This document shows, one piece after another, positions 1-8,411 of a stretch of 29,915 nucleotides of DNA (the stretch's first letter is position 1; the number at the start of each line of letters is the position of its first letter). A model generated the notes under the pieces. It worked only from the letters and a program-made list of their open reading frames with translations, did no database searches and had not been told where the DNA came from. The DNA is from Halalkalibacterium halodurans. Lineage in GTDB: Bacteria; Bacillota; Bacilli; Bacillales; Bacillaceae_D. Position numbers and translations under genes: made by a program. Where the stretch lies: contig NZ_SNUY01000052.1 of assembly GCF_004376175.1 (NCBI RefSeq), forward strand, positions 1 to 29,915, read 5' to 3'.

Positions 1-1
1 T

Positions 2-16
2 GAGTCAATTTCATAA
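2..16. repeat. Left terminal inverted repeat of the IS
   Basis: GAGTCAATTTCATAA; the reverse complement of 1553-1567 is GAATCAATTTCATAA (1 mismatch). Confidence 0.6.
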
Positions 17-127
17 TTTGAACCCTTAGTCTCGCAAGGTTTTCAAGGCACGAAAAAAGGAGTACCTCCCCAAAAGTCGAATGAGTTAAGTGACGAAACA
101 AAACTACAGACTGGAGGAAGACTCCCT

Positions 128-1492
128 ATGCCTATTATACGACAAGAAAGCCTGTTTGACCTGCATGATTTATATGAGTTAGAGCCTACCCATCGTTTTG
201 ATGCGGTTTTTTCAGCAATTGATATCAACCCGATTCTTGCGGTCGTGTCAAAAAAAGCCCTATACGGTGCGCCTGTTCAGCTCACCTATTCCGCCATGAT
301 CTACTCACTCGTCGCTCGAATTCTTGAGCGAATTCCGACAATAAAGGATTTGATTAAACGTCTGAAACACGATTTTATGTTCCGATTGGATTGTGGATTC
401 CTTCTTTCTGATGCGATTCCATCTGAAGCATCTTATTCAAGAATGCTCTCTAAAATAGCAGAATCACCTGTTCTTGAACAGGTTTAAGAACAGCTCATCC
501 ATCAAGCGATAGCAGAAGGATTTATCACCGATGACACGATCGCCATTGATGCGACTCACATTGAAGCGAGAGACCAAGCCCCAGCGAAAAAAGAAAAGCC
601 TAGGTCTGAGCCAAAAAAGCGCGGCCGCAAATCAAAAGAAGAGAAAGAAAAATGGCTTCAAGAACAAGCGGAACAAGAAGCCGTTCGTCCGATTTTCGAG
701 AAAAAGATTGAAGCCCAACTTGACGCGTCTTTAGTCGAGTTGCGATCCGCTGTCCCCCTTGATCCTAAGTGGGGCATCAAGAAAAACAGTGAAGGAAAAA
801 ACATTTTTTGGTTTGGCTACAAAGGCCACTTCGCGGTTGGAGCCAAAAGCCAGTATATCCTTCAGTCGCTCTTTTCCTCGGGAAACCTGAACGATGGAAA
901 AGCAGCCATCCCTTTATTAAAAGGACTGCAAGAGCGTCTTTTTGAATTAAAAATCGCCTTTAGCACACTCGATGCAGGGTATGATGCCCCTGCGATTTAC
1001 GAACAACTCTATCGAATGAAGACTGGGGCTGTCATTGCTTACAACAAGCGAAATGAACCGAATATAGAAGGATTCGATCACCATTTTGCCCCTACGTGTG
1101 TTCGAGAGCATTCGTATCGGTACGACAGTTACGACGCGAGATACGAGACGTTAAAATACACACGACCGAAAGAATGCAAAGGCTGTCCGTTAGCGCAAGA
1201 TACCCTCTGTCAAAAGGTGTATAAAGTCAAAATCACCACCGATTTGAGACGGTATACATCCCCAGCTCGCGGTTCGAAAGCATGGAAAACCCTTTACAAG
1301 CAACGAAGTTCAGTCGAGCGAGTCATTGCGTATCTAAAAGAATTCTTCCAATTAAACAATATTCGCTATCGCACAGGAAAACGAGCAAAAGTACAATTTG
1401 ATTTGACGCATTTGATTTATAACGCGGCGAAGCTCGCGTGTGATCGTATAGCCAAGTCCCTTTCTAGCAAGCAGACTAGTCAAGCCGCGTAA
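128..1492 (+). pseudogene. DDE transposase (IS1182/IS4/IS5-like), 455 codons, interrupted by a single in-frame TAA at 485-487
   Basis: ORFs 128-487 and 740-1492 share a frame. My translation of 488-760 stays open: EQLIHQAIAEGFITDDTIAIDATHIEARDQ...VELRSAVPLDPKWG. DDE-like motifs are AIDATH, STLDAGYD and YKQRSSVERVIAYLK, and a Cys-rich CKGCP segment is present. Confidence 0.8.
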
Positions 1493-1552
1493 TTAATTTT
1501 TTAAAAACACTAAAAGCGAAATGGGGGTCGTCTAACAATCGTGAACTAGGCT

Positions 1553-1567
1553 TTATGAAATTGATTC
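1553..1567. repeat. Right terminal inverted repeat of the IS
   Basis: TTATGAAATTGATTC pairs with 2-16 and lies 61 nt after the transposase stop. Confidence 0.6.
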
Positions 1568-1633
1568 GTGTAAGAAAAGAGACCGAATGAAGAGGGAAAC
1601 ACTGTAATAAGATGTAAAAAAAGGGGGCGGGAA

Positions 1634-2563
1634 ATGGAAAAAGTGCTCTTATTTTGTGATCCAGGCATTGATGACTCTGTTGCCATTATGTATGCGTTGC
1701 TCCATCCTGGCCTTGATGTCGTTGGCATTGTAACAGGGTACGGGAATGTAACCCAAGAACAAGCAACAGCGAATGCCTTTTATTTGCTTTCACTTGCAGG
1801 ACGTTCTGATATTCCTGTCTACGCTGGAGCGCAGTTCCCACTAACGGGTGAAATCGCCACCTATTATCCCGAAATTCATGGTGAGAATGGGCTTGGTCCG
1901 ATACGTCCCCCTATAGATTTAGAAGGGGAGTTGCTAAACTTCACAGATTTATTTGATTTGATTATATCCTACCCTAATGACATTACGATCATTGATGTTG
2001 GGCGGTTAACCTCCTTAAGTATTGCATATATACTAGGCGAGGAGACAATGGGAAGAGTGAAGCAAGTGATTGTCATGGGAGGTGCCTTTTTCGTACCTGG
2101 AAATGTGTCTCCCGTGGCTGAAGCGAATTTTATTGGAGATCCGGTTGCGGCTAACTTAATTATGGAACGAGCGCGGCCGTTGACCGTCGTTCCGCTAAAT
2201 GTGACGAGTTATTCGGTCGTTACCCATGAGCATATAAGAGCGATCACCGACCGATACTATAATCCATTCACTCCCTTCATTCAGCCAATCTATCACTATT
2301 ATGCAACGGCTTATTCTGCATTAATCCCTGGGCTAGAAGGGGCCTTATTTCATGATGTGCTGGCTGTCATGGCGCTCGTTCATCCTGAGATGTTCCAGAT
2401 GATGAAACGGGATGTTTCCGTTTCGATCGCTCCACTGACGAGAGGACAGAGCGTTGCTGATTTTCGCCCGTTTGCTCCAGAAGGGGAACTAAAGATCGCG
2501 GTTGACTTTCACTATCCTACATTTATTCAAAGCTTTATCCAGGTGCTACGGCGAGAGTTATAA
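1634..2563 (+). CDS. Nucleoside hydrolase (inosine/uridine-preferring IUNH family), 309 aa
   Basis: The N-terminal motif LLFCDPGIDDSVAIMYAL matches the DxDxxxDD Ca/ribose-binding signature of IUNH enzymes. The RBS AAGGGGG lies upstream of the ATG. Confidence 0.85.
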   Translation: MEKVLLFCDPGIDDSVAIMYALLHPGLDVVGIVTGYGNVTQEQATANAFYLLSLAGRSDIPVYAGAQFPLTGEIATYYPEIHGENGLGPIRPPIDLEGELLNFTDLFDLIISYPNDITIIDVGRLTSLSIAYILGEETMGRVKQVIVMGGAFFVPGNVSPVAEANFIGDPVAANLIMERARPLTVVPLNVTSYSVVTHEHIRAITDRYYNPFTPFIQPIYHYYATAYSALIPGLEGALFHDVLAVMALVHPEMFQMMKRDVSVSIAPLTRGQSVADFRPFAPEGELKIAVDFHYPTFIQSFIQVLRREL

Positions 2564-3175
2564 TTATTTTTTGCAGACAGCGACACCGAATGCATAATGA
2601 ACATTTGTCCGCTTTGGTTCAATGGTTACCCCCCGTTGATAAAACACCTCTTTTTCAGAAAAGGAATCAAACAATGAACGAAATTCCTCCTCTGTTAGTT
2701 GATGATAGTGAAACGGTTCATCACTTGGCTTTCCTCTCCCTTGGCCGAACGGGGTAGATAGAACGAGGGTGCCGTCTTTTTTTAACAGTTGTCTCATTCG
2801 CTCGATAAACAGACGATCGTCTTTTACATGTTCGATCGTTTCAAATGAGAGGATCGTATCAAACGTTCCGATTTGGTTCGGAAGGTAGGGGTCCATGGCG
2901 TCACCTACTAAGAAAGACACTTTCGGGTGATAATAGTTTTGCTTCGCATAGTGGATGACGTCAGCGTCGAAGTCAACCCCGAGGACTTGAGCCACTTCCG
3001 TTTTGCGCGTTTTTGCCACCATGACGCTACCATAGCCAGTACCGCAGGCAATGTCGAGAACGCGGCCGCTCGCATAAGGGGTTGAAAAATAATAACGGGC
3101 TAAATGCTCTAACAGCATTCCGTTCATAGGCTTCATATTTTTCGGAATAATTCGTTCTCCTGTATCGTCTAACAC
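2564..3175 (-). CDS. Class I SAM-dependent methyltransferase, 203 aa (GTG start)
   Basis: SAM-binding motif I is VLDIACGTGYGS, followed by the acidic VLGVDFD and later LKKDGTLVLSTP. A GGTGAT SD-like element sits 5 nt before the GTG. Confidence 0.8.
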   Translation of the reverse strand: MLDDTGERIIPKNMKPMNGMLLEHLARYYFSTPYASGRVLDIACGTGYGSVMVAKTRKTEVAQVLGVDFDADVIHYAKQNYYHPKVSFLVGDAMDPYLPNQIGTFDTILSFETIEHVKDDRLFIERMRQLLKKDGTLVLSTPFGQGRGKPSDEPFHYHQLTEEEFRSLFDSFSEKEVFYQRGVTIEPKRTNVHYAFGVAVCKK

Positions 3176-3260
3176 CTGAAATCACCGCTTCTCTGTAAAA
3201 TCAATTAATCCCTATCTTAATTGAAAAACCTCGTTCGAGCAAATGAGAAAAAATTGTCCT

Positions 3261-3278
3261 TAATTGGTATAGACATTT
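3261..3278 (+). promoter_or_regulatory. dre-like NagR (GntR/HutC) operator, distal site upstream of nagR
   Basis: AATTGGTATAGACATTTT shares the exact 12-mer TGGTATAGACAT with the site at 3365-3382. It resembles the TGGTCTAGACCA-type dre consensus of DasR/NagR regulators. Confidence 0.65.
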
Positions 3279-3362
3279 TATCGATTTGAAATGTTCTTTT
3301 GAAAAGAGCTAAGTGTTCTAAGCGATCATTCATTTATGGCGAATGTACCCGGCATATTATGC

Positions 3363-3382
3363 TATAATGGTATAGACATGTG
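3363..3382 (+). promoter_or_regulatory. nagR promoter -10 (TGcTATAAT extended -10) overlapped by a second dre-like operator
   Basis: ATGCTATAATGGTATAGACATGTG contains TATAAT at 3363-3368 with TG at -15/-14. The operator core TGGTATAGACAT is at 3368-3379. Confidence 0.65.
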
Positions 3383-3413
3383 TCTTTGTAGGAAAGGAGG
3401 AGGAGGTTCAAAC

Positions 3414-4136
3414 GTGATTAATAAAAACTCTCCTTTACCGATTTATTATCAGATTGAAGAACAAATTAAGCAGCAAATCGAATCAGGGGTGCTCAAACCC
3501 GGGGATATGCTCAAATCCGAGCGGGAGTATGCGGAGTATTATGATGTCAGTAGAATGACGGTAAGGCAAGCGATTAACAACCTTGTGAACCAAGGATACA
3601 TATATAAGAAAAAAGGTAGCGGTACTTATGTTCAAGAGAAAAAAATTGAGCAGGCGTTAAACGGGCTGACGAGCTTTACAGAAGATATGAGAAAAAGAGA
3701 AATGGAGCCTAGCAGTCGCTTGCTCAAATTTGAACTGATTCCAGCAACGGCAAAAATCGCAAAGGAATTAAACTTGAAAGAGAACACGCCCGTTACAGAG
3801 ATTAAACGAATCCGTTATGGCGATGGGATACCAATTGCCATTGAACGCAACCTGTTGCCTGCGAACTTAGTGAAGGGATTAAATGAGGAAATCATAAACC
3901 AATCCTTATATCAATACATTGAGGAAGAGTTGAATTTGCGGATCGCCGATGCCCTGCAAGTGATTGAAGCCTCGACTGCTAGCAAAACAGAAGCCGATCT
4001 ATTAGAGATTCAAAAAGGTAGCCCGATTTTGTTAATTGAGCGTAAAACGTTTTTAGCCGATGGGACTGTATTAGAGCTAGTGAAATCCGCTTACCGAGCC
4101 GATCGGTATAAATTTATGATTACGATGCAACGATAA
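3414..4136 (+). CDS. nagR: GntR/HutC-family transcriptional repressor NagR (YvoA-like), 240 aa, GTG start
   Basis: The wHTH segment reads PLPIYYQIEEQIKQQIESGVLKPGDMLKSEREYAEYYDVSRMTVRQAINNLVNQGYIYKKKGSGTYV, followed by a UTRA-type C-terminal domain. The GGAGGAGGAGG RBS lies just before GTG 3414, so the tracked ATG 3336 would start inside the promoter. The gene neighbours nagBA and nagP. Confidence 0.8.
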   Translation: MINKNSPLPIYYQIEEQIKQQIESGVLKPGDMLKSEREYAEYYDVSRMTVRQAINNLVNQGYIYKKKGSGTYVQEKKIEQALNGLTSFTEDMRKREMEPSSRLLKFELIPATAKIAKELNLKENTPVTEIKRIRYGDGIPIAIERNLLPANLVKGLNEEIINQSLYQYIEEELNLRIADALQVIEASTASKTEADLLEIQKGSPILLIERKTFLADGTVLELVKSAYRADRYKFMITMQR

Positions 4137-4174
4137 AAAACAAGCGATTGATGACGTCATCAATCGCTTGTTTT
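4135..4174. terminator. Bidirectional rho-independent terminator between nagR and nagB
   Basis: Perfect palindrome AACAAGCGATTGATGAC/GTCATCAATCGCTTGTT, flanked by an A-run upstream and a T-run downstream. Confidence 0.85.
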
Positions 4175-4187
4175 GCTTATAGCTACC

Positions 4188-4928
4188 TTAATTTGACGAA
4201 ACGGCTACTTTTTGTAGTGCCTCGCGATCGGCGATTATGGTCACTTGTTCATGGCGCTGTAAGACTGAGGCAGGGAATGATTCGTCCACCTTTCCGTGAA
4301 TTAATTGGTACAATGCGTCTGCTTTCTTTTTCCCAGATGCAAGCAGAAGAATTTCCTTTGCATTCATGATCGATTGAATGCCCATCGTGATCGCCTCTGT
4401 TGGTACTTCCGATAAATCATTAAAATAGCGGGCGTTTGCTTCTCGTGTTGATTCTGTAAGCTTAACAATATGGGTGGATGACTCGAACGAGGTGCCAGGT
4501 TCGTTAAAGCCAATATGACCATTTGCGCCAATCCCTAATACTTGCAGATCGATCCCGCCATGCTGCCGTATAAGGGCTTCATATCTTTCGCATTCCGCGT
4601 TGAGATTGGAAGCTGTCCCGTTCGGCAAAAACGCCTGTTCATCTCGAATGTCGATATGGTCGAACAAGGCTTTGTGCATGTACGTGTAATAGCTATTGGG
4701 ATCATGCCGATCCAGTCCGATATATTCGTCCAAATTAAACGTTGTCACTTGATGGTAGGAGGTCCCGTTTATTCGGTGATCGTTGATGAGAAGCTCGTAC
4801 ATCTTTTGCGGAGTGCCCCCTGTGGCCAAACCTAAGGTGATGGTTGGATCGCGTTGTACCTTTTCGATCATAAACTGCGCTGCTTTTAGGCTCATATCAT
4901 CAAAATGTTTAGCTTCAATGATTTTCAT
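4188..4928 (-). CDS. nagB: Glucosamine-6-phosphate deaminase NagB, 246 aa
   Basis: MKIIEAKHFDDMSLKAAQFMIEKV..LGLATGGTP...FNLDEYIGL...GIGANGHIGFNEPG are NagB family signatures. The RBS AAAGGAG precedes ATG 4928. The tracked 5057 start would run deep into nagA. Confidence 0.9.
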   Translation of the reverse strand: MKIIEAKHFDDMSLKAAQFMIEKVQRDPTITLGLATGGTPQKMYELLINDHRINGTSYHQVTTFNLDEYIGLDRHDPNSYYTYMHKALFDHIDIRDEQAFLPNGTASNLNAECERYEALIRQHGGIDLQVLGIGANGHIGFNEPGTSFESSTHIVKLTESTREANARYFNDLSEVPTEAITMGIQSIMNAKEILLLASGKKKADALYQLIHGKVDESFPASVLQRHEQVTIIADREALQKVAVSSN

Positions 4929-6108
4929 AGGACTTCGCTCCTTTCTGATAAACAATCCTTCCTTGGCACATCGTGAGGACAACATTCCAGTCTTGATCGA
5001 GTACGGTAAGGTCTGCGTCTTTTCCGACTCGAATGCTCCCTTTACGATCAAAAACATTTAGCTGTTTAGCAGGATTCACGCTCGCCATTTGGACCGCTTC
5101 TTCTAATGAACATCCTGTGTAGGTCATCACATTTTTTACCGCATCGTTCATTTTTAATACGCTGCCTGCCAACGTTCCGTCCTGTAGCAATGCTTTTCCG
5201 TTCTTCACATGGACGGTTTGTCCTCCAAGCTCGTAGGTTCCGTCGGCTAACCATTTTGCACGCATCGCATCTGTAATGAGAATGATGTTATCTGCTGTTT
5301 TCGCATCATAAGTAGCTTTGACAACCTCAGGATGGACATGAATGCCATCAACGATCAGTTCAACCGTCAACTCATTTCGCGCTAACGCTGTTCCTGCAAC
5401 GCCAGGCTCACGATGGTGGAAGCCCCTCATCCCGTTGTAAAGGTGGGTGACATGGTTCGCACCGTGGGATATGGCGTCCATCATCTGTTCGTGCACCGCA
5501 TCTGAATGTCCGATTGATGCAATAATTTGTCTAGACCGAAGTGCACCGACCAATTGCAGGCCTTGCTCTGTTTCAGGTGCCAGCGTAACTAACTTGATTG
5601 TGCGATCGGATATCTCGTACCACCTATTAAACAGGGATAGATTTGGCTCTAAAATATGTTCAACTGGTTGGGCGCCTGCTCGTTTTGCTGAAATAAAGGG
5701 GCCTTCTAGATGGACCCCTAACAGTTGGGCTCCTTCGTTGTGAGGTCCTTTTGCATATTCTGCCACATTGGCTAATGCTTGCTCAATCCGCCCTTGCCCT
5801 TGGGTGATGGTCGTTGCTAAAAATCCTGTTGTTCCTTCCCGTACAATGCTTTTTGCGATCGTTTCTAGACATATTTGAGATGCGTCCATTGTATCGGCAC
5901 CGTGTGATCCGTGGATATGGACATCGATAAAGCCCGGAACGACATAACATCCCGAAAGATCAATCGACTTATCATGCCTGTGAGTCTCGATCTCTTGCTC
6001 TGTTACTTCCGTAATGATGCCATGTTCTATTTTTAGAAAACCTTTGTCGTATGACTGTGTTTCACCAACGATCGAAGCTCCTTTTAATACGTAATTTCCG
6101 TTCTTCAT
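4915..6108 (-). CDS. nagA: N-acetylglucosamine-6-phosphate deacetylase NagA, 397 aa
   Basis: It has the amidohydrolase metal motif GFIDVHIHG and later HLEGPF, GHSDA and THLYNGM. The stop overlaps the nagB start by 14 nt. Confidence 0.9.
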   Translation of the reverse strand: MKNGNYVLKGASIVGETQSYDKGFLKIEHGIITEVTEQEIETHRHDKSIDLSGCYVVPGFIDVHIHGSHGADTMDASQICLETIAKSIVREGTTGFLATTITQGQGRIEQALANVAEYAKGPHNEGAQLLGVHLEGPFISAKRAGAQPVEHILEPNLSLFNRWYEISDRTIKLVTLAPETEQGLQLVGALRSRQIIASIGHSDAVHEQMMDAISHGANHVTHLYNGMRGFHHREPGVAGTALARNELTVELIVDGIHVHPEVVKATYDAKTADNIILITDAMRAKWLADGTYELGGQTVHVKNGKALLQDGTLAGSVLKMNDAVKNVMTYTGCSLEEAVQMASVNPAKQLNVFDRKGSIRVGKDADLTVLDQDWNVVLTMCQGRIVYQKGAKSYENH

Positions 6109-6228
6109 GACGAGCTCCTTTCCTTTTATTCCTTTATCTGACGTTTAAAATCGCGCTTCTAGGAATTCATTTCGCATCGTGTGGGCTATGACATCCCCAG
6201 CGAAAGAAGTTCCGTTATCCTCGCTTTC

Positions 6229-6266
6229 ATTATAACAAGTGTGAGTTAATTTGTATATACCAATTT
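6229..6266 (-). promoter_or_regulatory. nagAB promoter (extended -10 TGtTATAAT) with a dre-like operator over the -35 region
   Basis: The minus strand reads AAATTGGTATATACAAATTAACTCACACTTGTTATAAT. The operator is at 6248-6266 and is itself near-palindromic. The -10 is at 6229-6234. Confidence 0.6.
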
Positions 6267-6293
6267 ATTTTGTTATATCTACTAACACTGTTA

Positions 6294-6339
6294 TTATCAG
6301 TTTTTGTTCATTTATGTATAATAATAGGTATAGACAACT
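6294..6339 (+). promoter_or_regulatory. nagP promoter (TTATCA-17-TATAAT) with a dre-like operator immediately downstream of and overlapping the -10
   Basis: TTATCA is at 6294-6299 and TATAAT at 6317-6322. The operator ATAATAGGTATAGACAACT is at 6321-6339. Confidence 0.6.
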
Positions 6340-6415
6340 AATCATGGTGGTGATACGATAGGTCGTAGTAGAGATAGGACAATTGGGCCAAAATGAAAGA
6401 TAAGGAGATGACATT

Positions 6416-7783
6416 ATGCTTACATTTTTACAGAGAATAGGGAAATCCCTTATGTTACCGATTGCGGTATTGCCGGCCGCGGCTATTTTATTAAGGCTTG
6501 GCCAAGAGGACTTGTTCAACCAAGCGTTCATCGCGGCAGCAGGTGCTGCGGTCTTTGATCATTTGCCACTTATTTTTGCGATTGGCGTCGCGATCGGATT
6601 TTCGAAAGATTCGAATGGTACCGCTGGGTTGGCGGGAGCGATCGGGTATTTAGTATTAGTCAACGGTACACAAGCGATTGATCCTGATGTAGATATGGCC
6701 ATTCTTGGTGGAATTATTTCTGGGATTGTTGCTGGACTTCTTTACAATCGCTTTCATGACGTCAAACTCCCTCAATGGCTAGGGTTTTTCGGAGGGCGGA
6801 GATTTGTTCCAATTATAACCGCTACTGTGATGGTCATCTTTGCAGGCTTGTTTGGTTATGTGTGGCCGCCGATTCAAGATGGGATTAATCAAATCGGTCA
6901 ATGGATTATCGGTGGAGGAGCGCTTGGTGTCGGAATATTTGGGTTCTTGAACCGGCTGTTAATTCCGGTGGGGCTTCATCACGTATTGAATAGTCTCGTC
7001 TGGTTTGTATTTGGTGAGTATGAAGGCGCGACGGGTGACTTGCACCGTTTCTTCGCAGGTGATCCGACAGCAGGATCATTTATGGCGGGTTTTTTCCCGA
7101 TTATGATGTTCGGTTTGCCGGCTGCAGCACTTGCGATGATTGCGGCAGCTAAGCCTGAGCGCAGAAAAGAAGTAACCGGGATGCTCATCGGAATTGCAGT
7201 GACCGCTTTTGTGACTGGGGTTACGGAACCACTTGAGTTTTCGTTTATGTTCCTAGCACCGATTCTGTATGTTGCTCATGCCTTGCTAACGGCGAGCTCG
7301 ATGGCGATTGCCCATCTACTCGAAATTCGCCATGGGTTTGGCTTCTCTGGGGGAGCCATCGACTTTGTCTTGAACTGGCGGCTTGCCACCAAGCCTGCCC
7401 TTTTGATCGTCATGGGTCTCATTTATGCGCTCATCTATTTCGTCCTCTTCTATGTGGTCATTAGGAAATTTGACTTGAAAACACCAGGTAGAGAAGATGA
7501 AAGTGAGGAAACGGATGCTTCAAGTGATGGACAAGCCGATAAATATGATGTGATGGCGAGCCATTTCATCGCTGATCTTGGCGGACAGGAAAACCTCAAA
7601 ACGATTGATCATTGCACGACACGTCTACGCTTAACAGTCCATGATATGGGGAAAGTGAATGAGGAATTGCTGAAAAAACATGGGGCTCGCGGTGTCATTA
7701 AAGTCAATGAGACGAACGTTCAAGTCATCATCGGAACCGACGTGGAATTTGTTGCTGATCGAATGAAAGACAAGCATGGTTAA
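6416..7783 (+). CDS. nagP: PTS N-acetylglucosamine-specific EIICB component NagP, 455 aa (no EIIA domain)
   Basis: The N-terminus is a multi-TM glucose-family EIIC. The C-terminal EIIB has the phospho-Cys motif IDHCTTRLRLTV. The gene is divergent from nagAB and preceded by a dre site. Confidence 0.85.
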   Translation: MLTFLQRIGKSLMLPIAVLPAAAILLRLGQEDLFNQAFIAAAGAAVFDHLPLIFAIGVAIGFSKDSNGTAGLAGAIGYLVLVNGTQAIDPDVDMAILGGIISGIVAGLLYNRFHDVKLPQWLGFFGGRRFVPIITATVMVIFAGLFGYVWPPIQDGINQIGQWIIGGGALGVGIFGFLNRLLIPVGLHHVLNSLVWFVFGEYEGATGDLHRFFAGDPTAGSFMAGFFPIMMFGLPAAALAMIAAAKPERRKEVTGMLIGIAVTAFVTGVTEPLEFSFMFLAPILYVAHALLTASSMAIAHLLEIRHGFGFSGGAIDFVLNWRLATKPALLIVMGLIYALIYFVLFYVVIRKFDLKTPGREDESEETDASSDGQADKYDVMASHFIADLGGQENLKTIDHCTTRLRLTVHDMGKVNEELLKKHGARGVIKVNETNVQVIIGTDVEFVADRMKDKHG

Positions 7784-7788
7784 TAGGA

Positions 7789-7816
7789 AAAGGTGGCGTG
7801 AATGCCACCTTTTTTG
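7789..7816. terminator. Rho-independent terminator after nagP (also serves the convergent lrp-like gene)
   Basis: AAAGGTGGC-GTGAAT-GCCACCTTTTTT. Confidence 0.85.
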
Positions 7817-7888
7817 TTTGGCTTCATGTATTTCTCACCGATTCCGCTGTTCACTAAAAACTGGTGCTCTTGCATAAGGGACGCCGGT

Positions 7889-8296
7889 TTACGTTAAGGT
7901 CATGTCTGTGTTCAACGTTGATAGGACAACATGAGTAACGGTTTCGGCAAAGGGGGAAAGTTGCTCAATAAAAGCTTCTACCTTTGACAGATCTTCCATG
8001 TAAGCTTTAATCATAAAGCAGGCCCGACCAGCAATGCGGTGGCAAAGTTTAAAGCGGGAGTATTCCCCATGCTTCACGGTAGCTTCGATGAGGCAGCTCA
8101 CAGGATAGCCGACCTTGGTCAAGTCGATGGCGACCGTATAGTTTTTAATGATTCCATACGACTCCATCTGCTTGACACGCTCGCGAACAGCAGGGGAAGA
8201 CATGTTAATTTTCGTACCGAGTTCCTTCATGGAGATACGGCCATCCTTCATTAATTCATTTAGAATCTGCTTGTCGATTTCGTCGATTTTTATCAT
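7889..8296 (-). CDS. Lrp/AsnC-family transcriptional regulator, 135 aa
   Basis: The N-terminal HTH reads IDEIDKQILNELMKDGRISMKELGTKINMSSPAVRERVKQMESYGIIKNY. The C-terminal RAM-like region reads VSCLIEATVK...HRIAGRACFMIKA...TVTHVVLS. Confidence 0.85.
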   Translation of the reverse strand: MIKIDEIDKQILNELMKDGRISMKELGTKINMSSPAVRERVKQMESYGIIKNYTVAIDLTKVGYPVSCLIEATVKHGEYSRFKLCHRIAGRACFMIKAYMEDLSKVEAFIEQLSPFAETVTHVVLSTLNTDMTLT

Positions 8297-8411
8297 GAAA
8301 GTGAATCCTCAAATCTCTTTAAAAAAGAAAAGAAATTTCCTTAAAGTCAATCAAAGTGATATGTAAGGCGAGAGATGTCTTTTATATGATTATGGCAAGG
8401 GAGGGATGAGG

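Larger units (their letters stand above)
1..1568 (+). mobile_element. Insertion sequence, IS1182/IS5-superfamily-like; left end at or just beyond the window edge
   Basis: One long DDE transposase frame runs 128-1492. Imperfect terminal inverted repeats are GAGTCAATTTCATAA (2-16) and TTATGAAATTGATTC (1553-1567), 14/15 complementary. The ~1.57 kb size fits the family. Confidence 0.7.

Noticed and set aside
531-734. 67-aa Lys/Arg-rich ORF inside the IS
   Set aside because: It is out of frame with the transposase, and the transposase frame is open across the same region. The ORF is a by-product of the A-rich linker sequence.
3336-3413. N-terminal extension of nagR from the tracked ATG 3336
   Set aside because: It would start upstream of the -10/operator and has no RBS. 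GTG 3414 follows a GGAGGAGGAGG RBS and gives a family-typical 240 aa.
4148-4369. 73-aa plus-strand ORF after nagR
   Set aside because: It begins inside the terminator palindrome and lies antisense to the well-supported nagB 3' end. It has no RBS.
4929-5057. N-terminal extension of nagB (tracked 289-aa ORF)
   Set aside because: It runs inside the nagA coding region. ATG 4928 has an AAAGGAG RBS and yields the canonical MKIIE... NagB N-terminus.
4542-5743. Plus-strand ORFs 4542-4835, 4783-5061 and 5447-5743
   Set aside because: They are antisense shadow ORFs within nagB/nagA. They have no RBS and low-complexity or odd composition.
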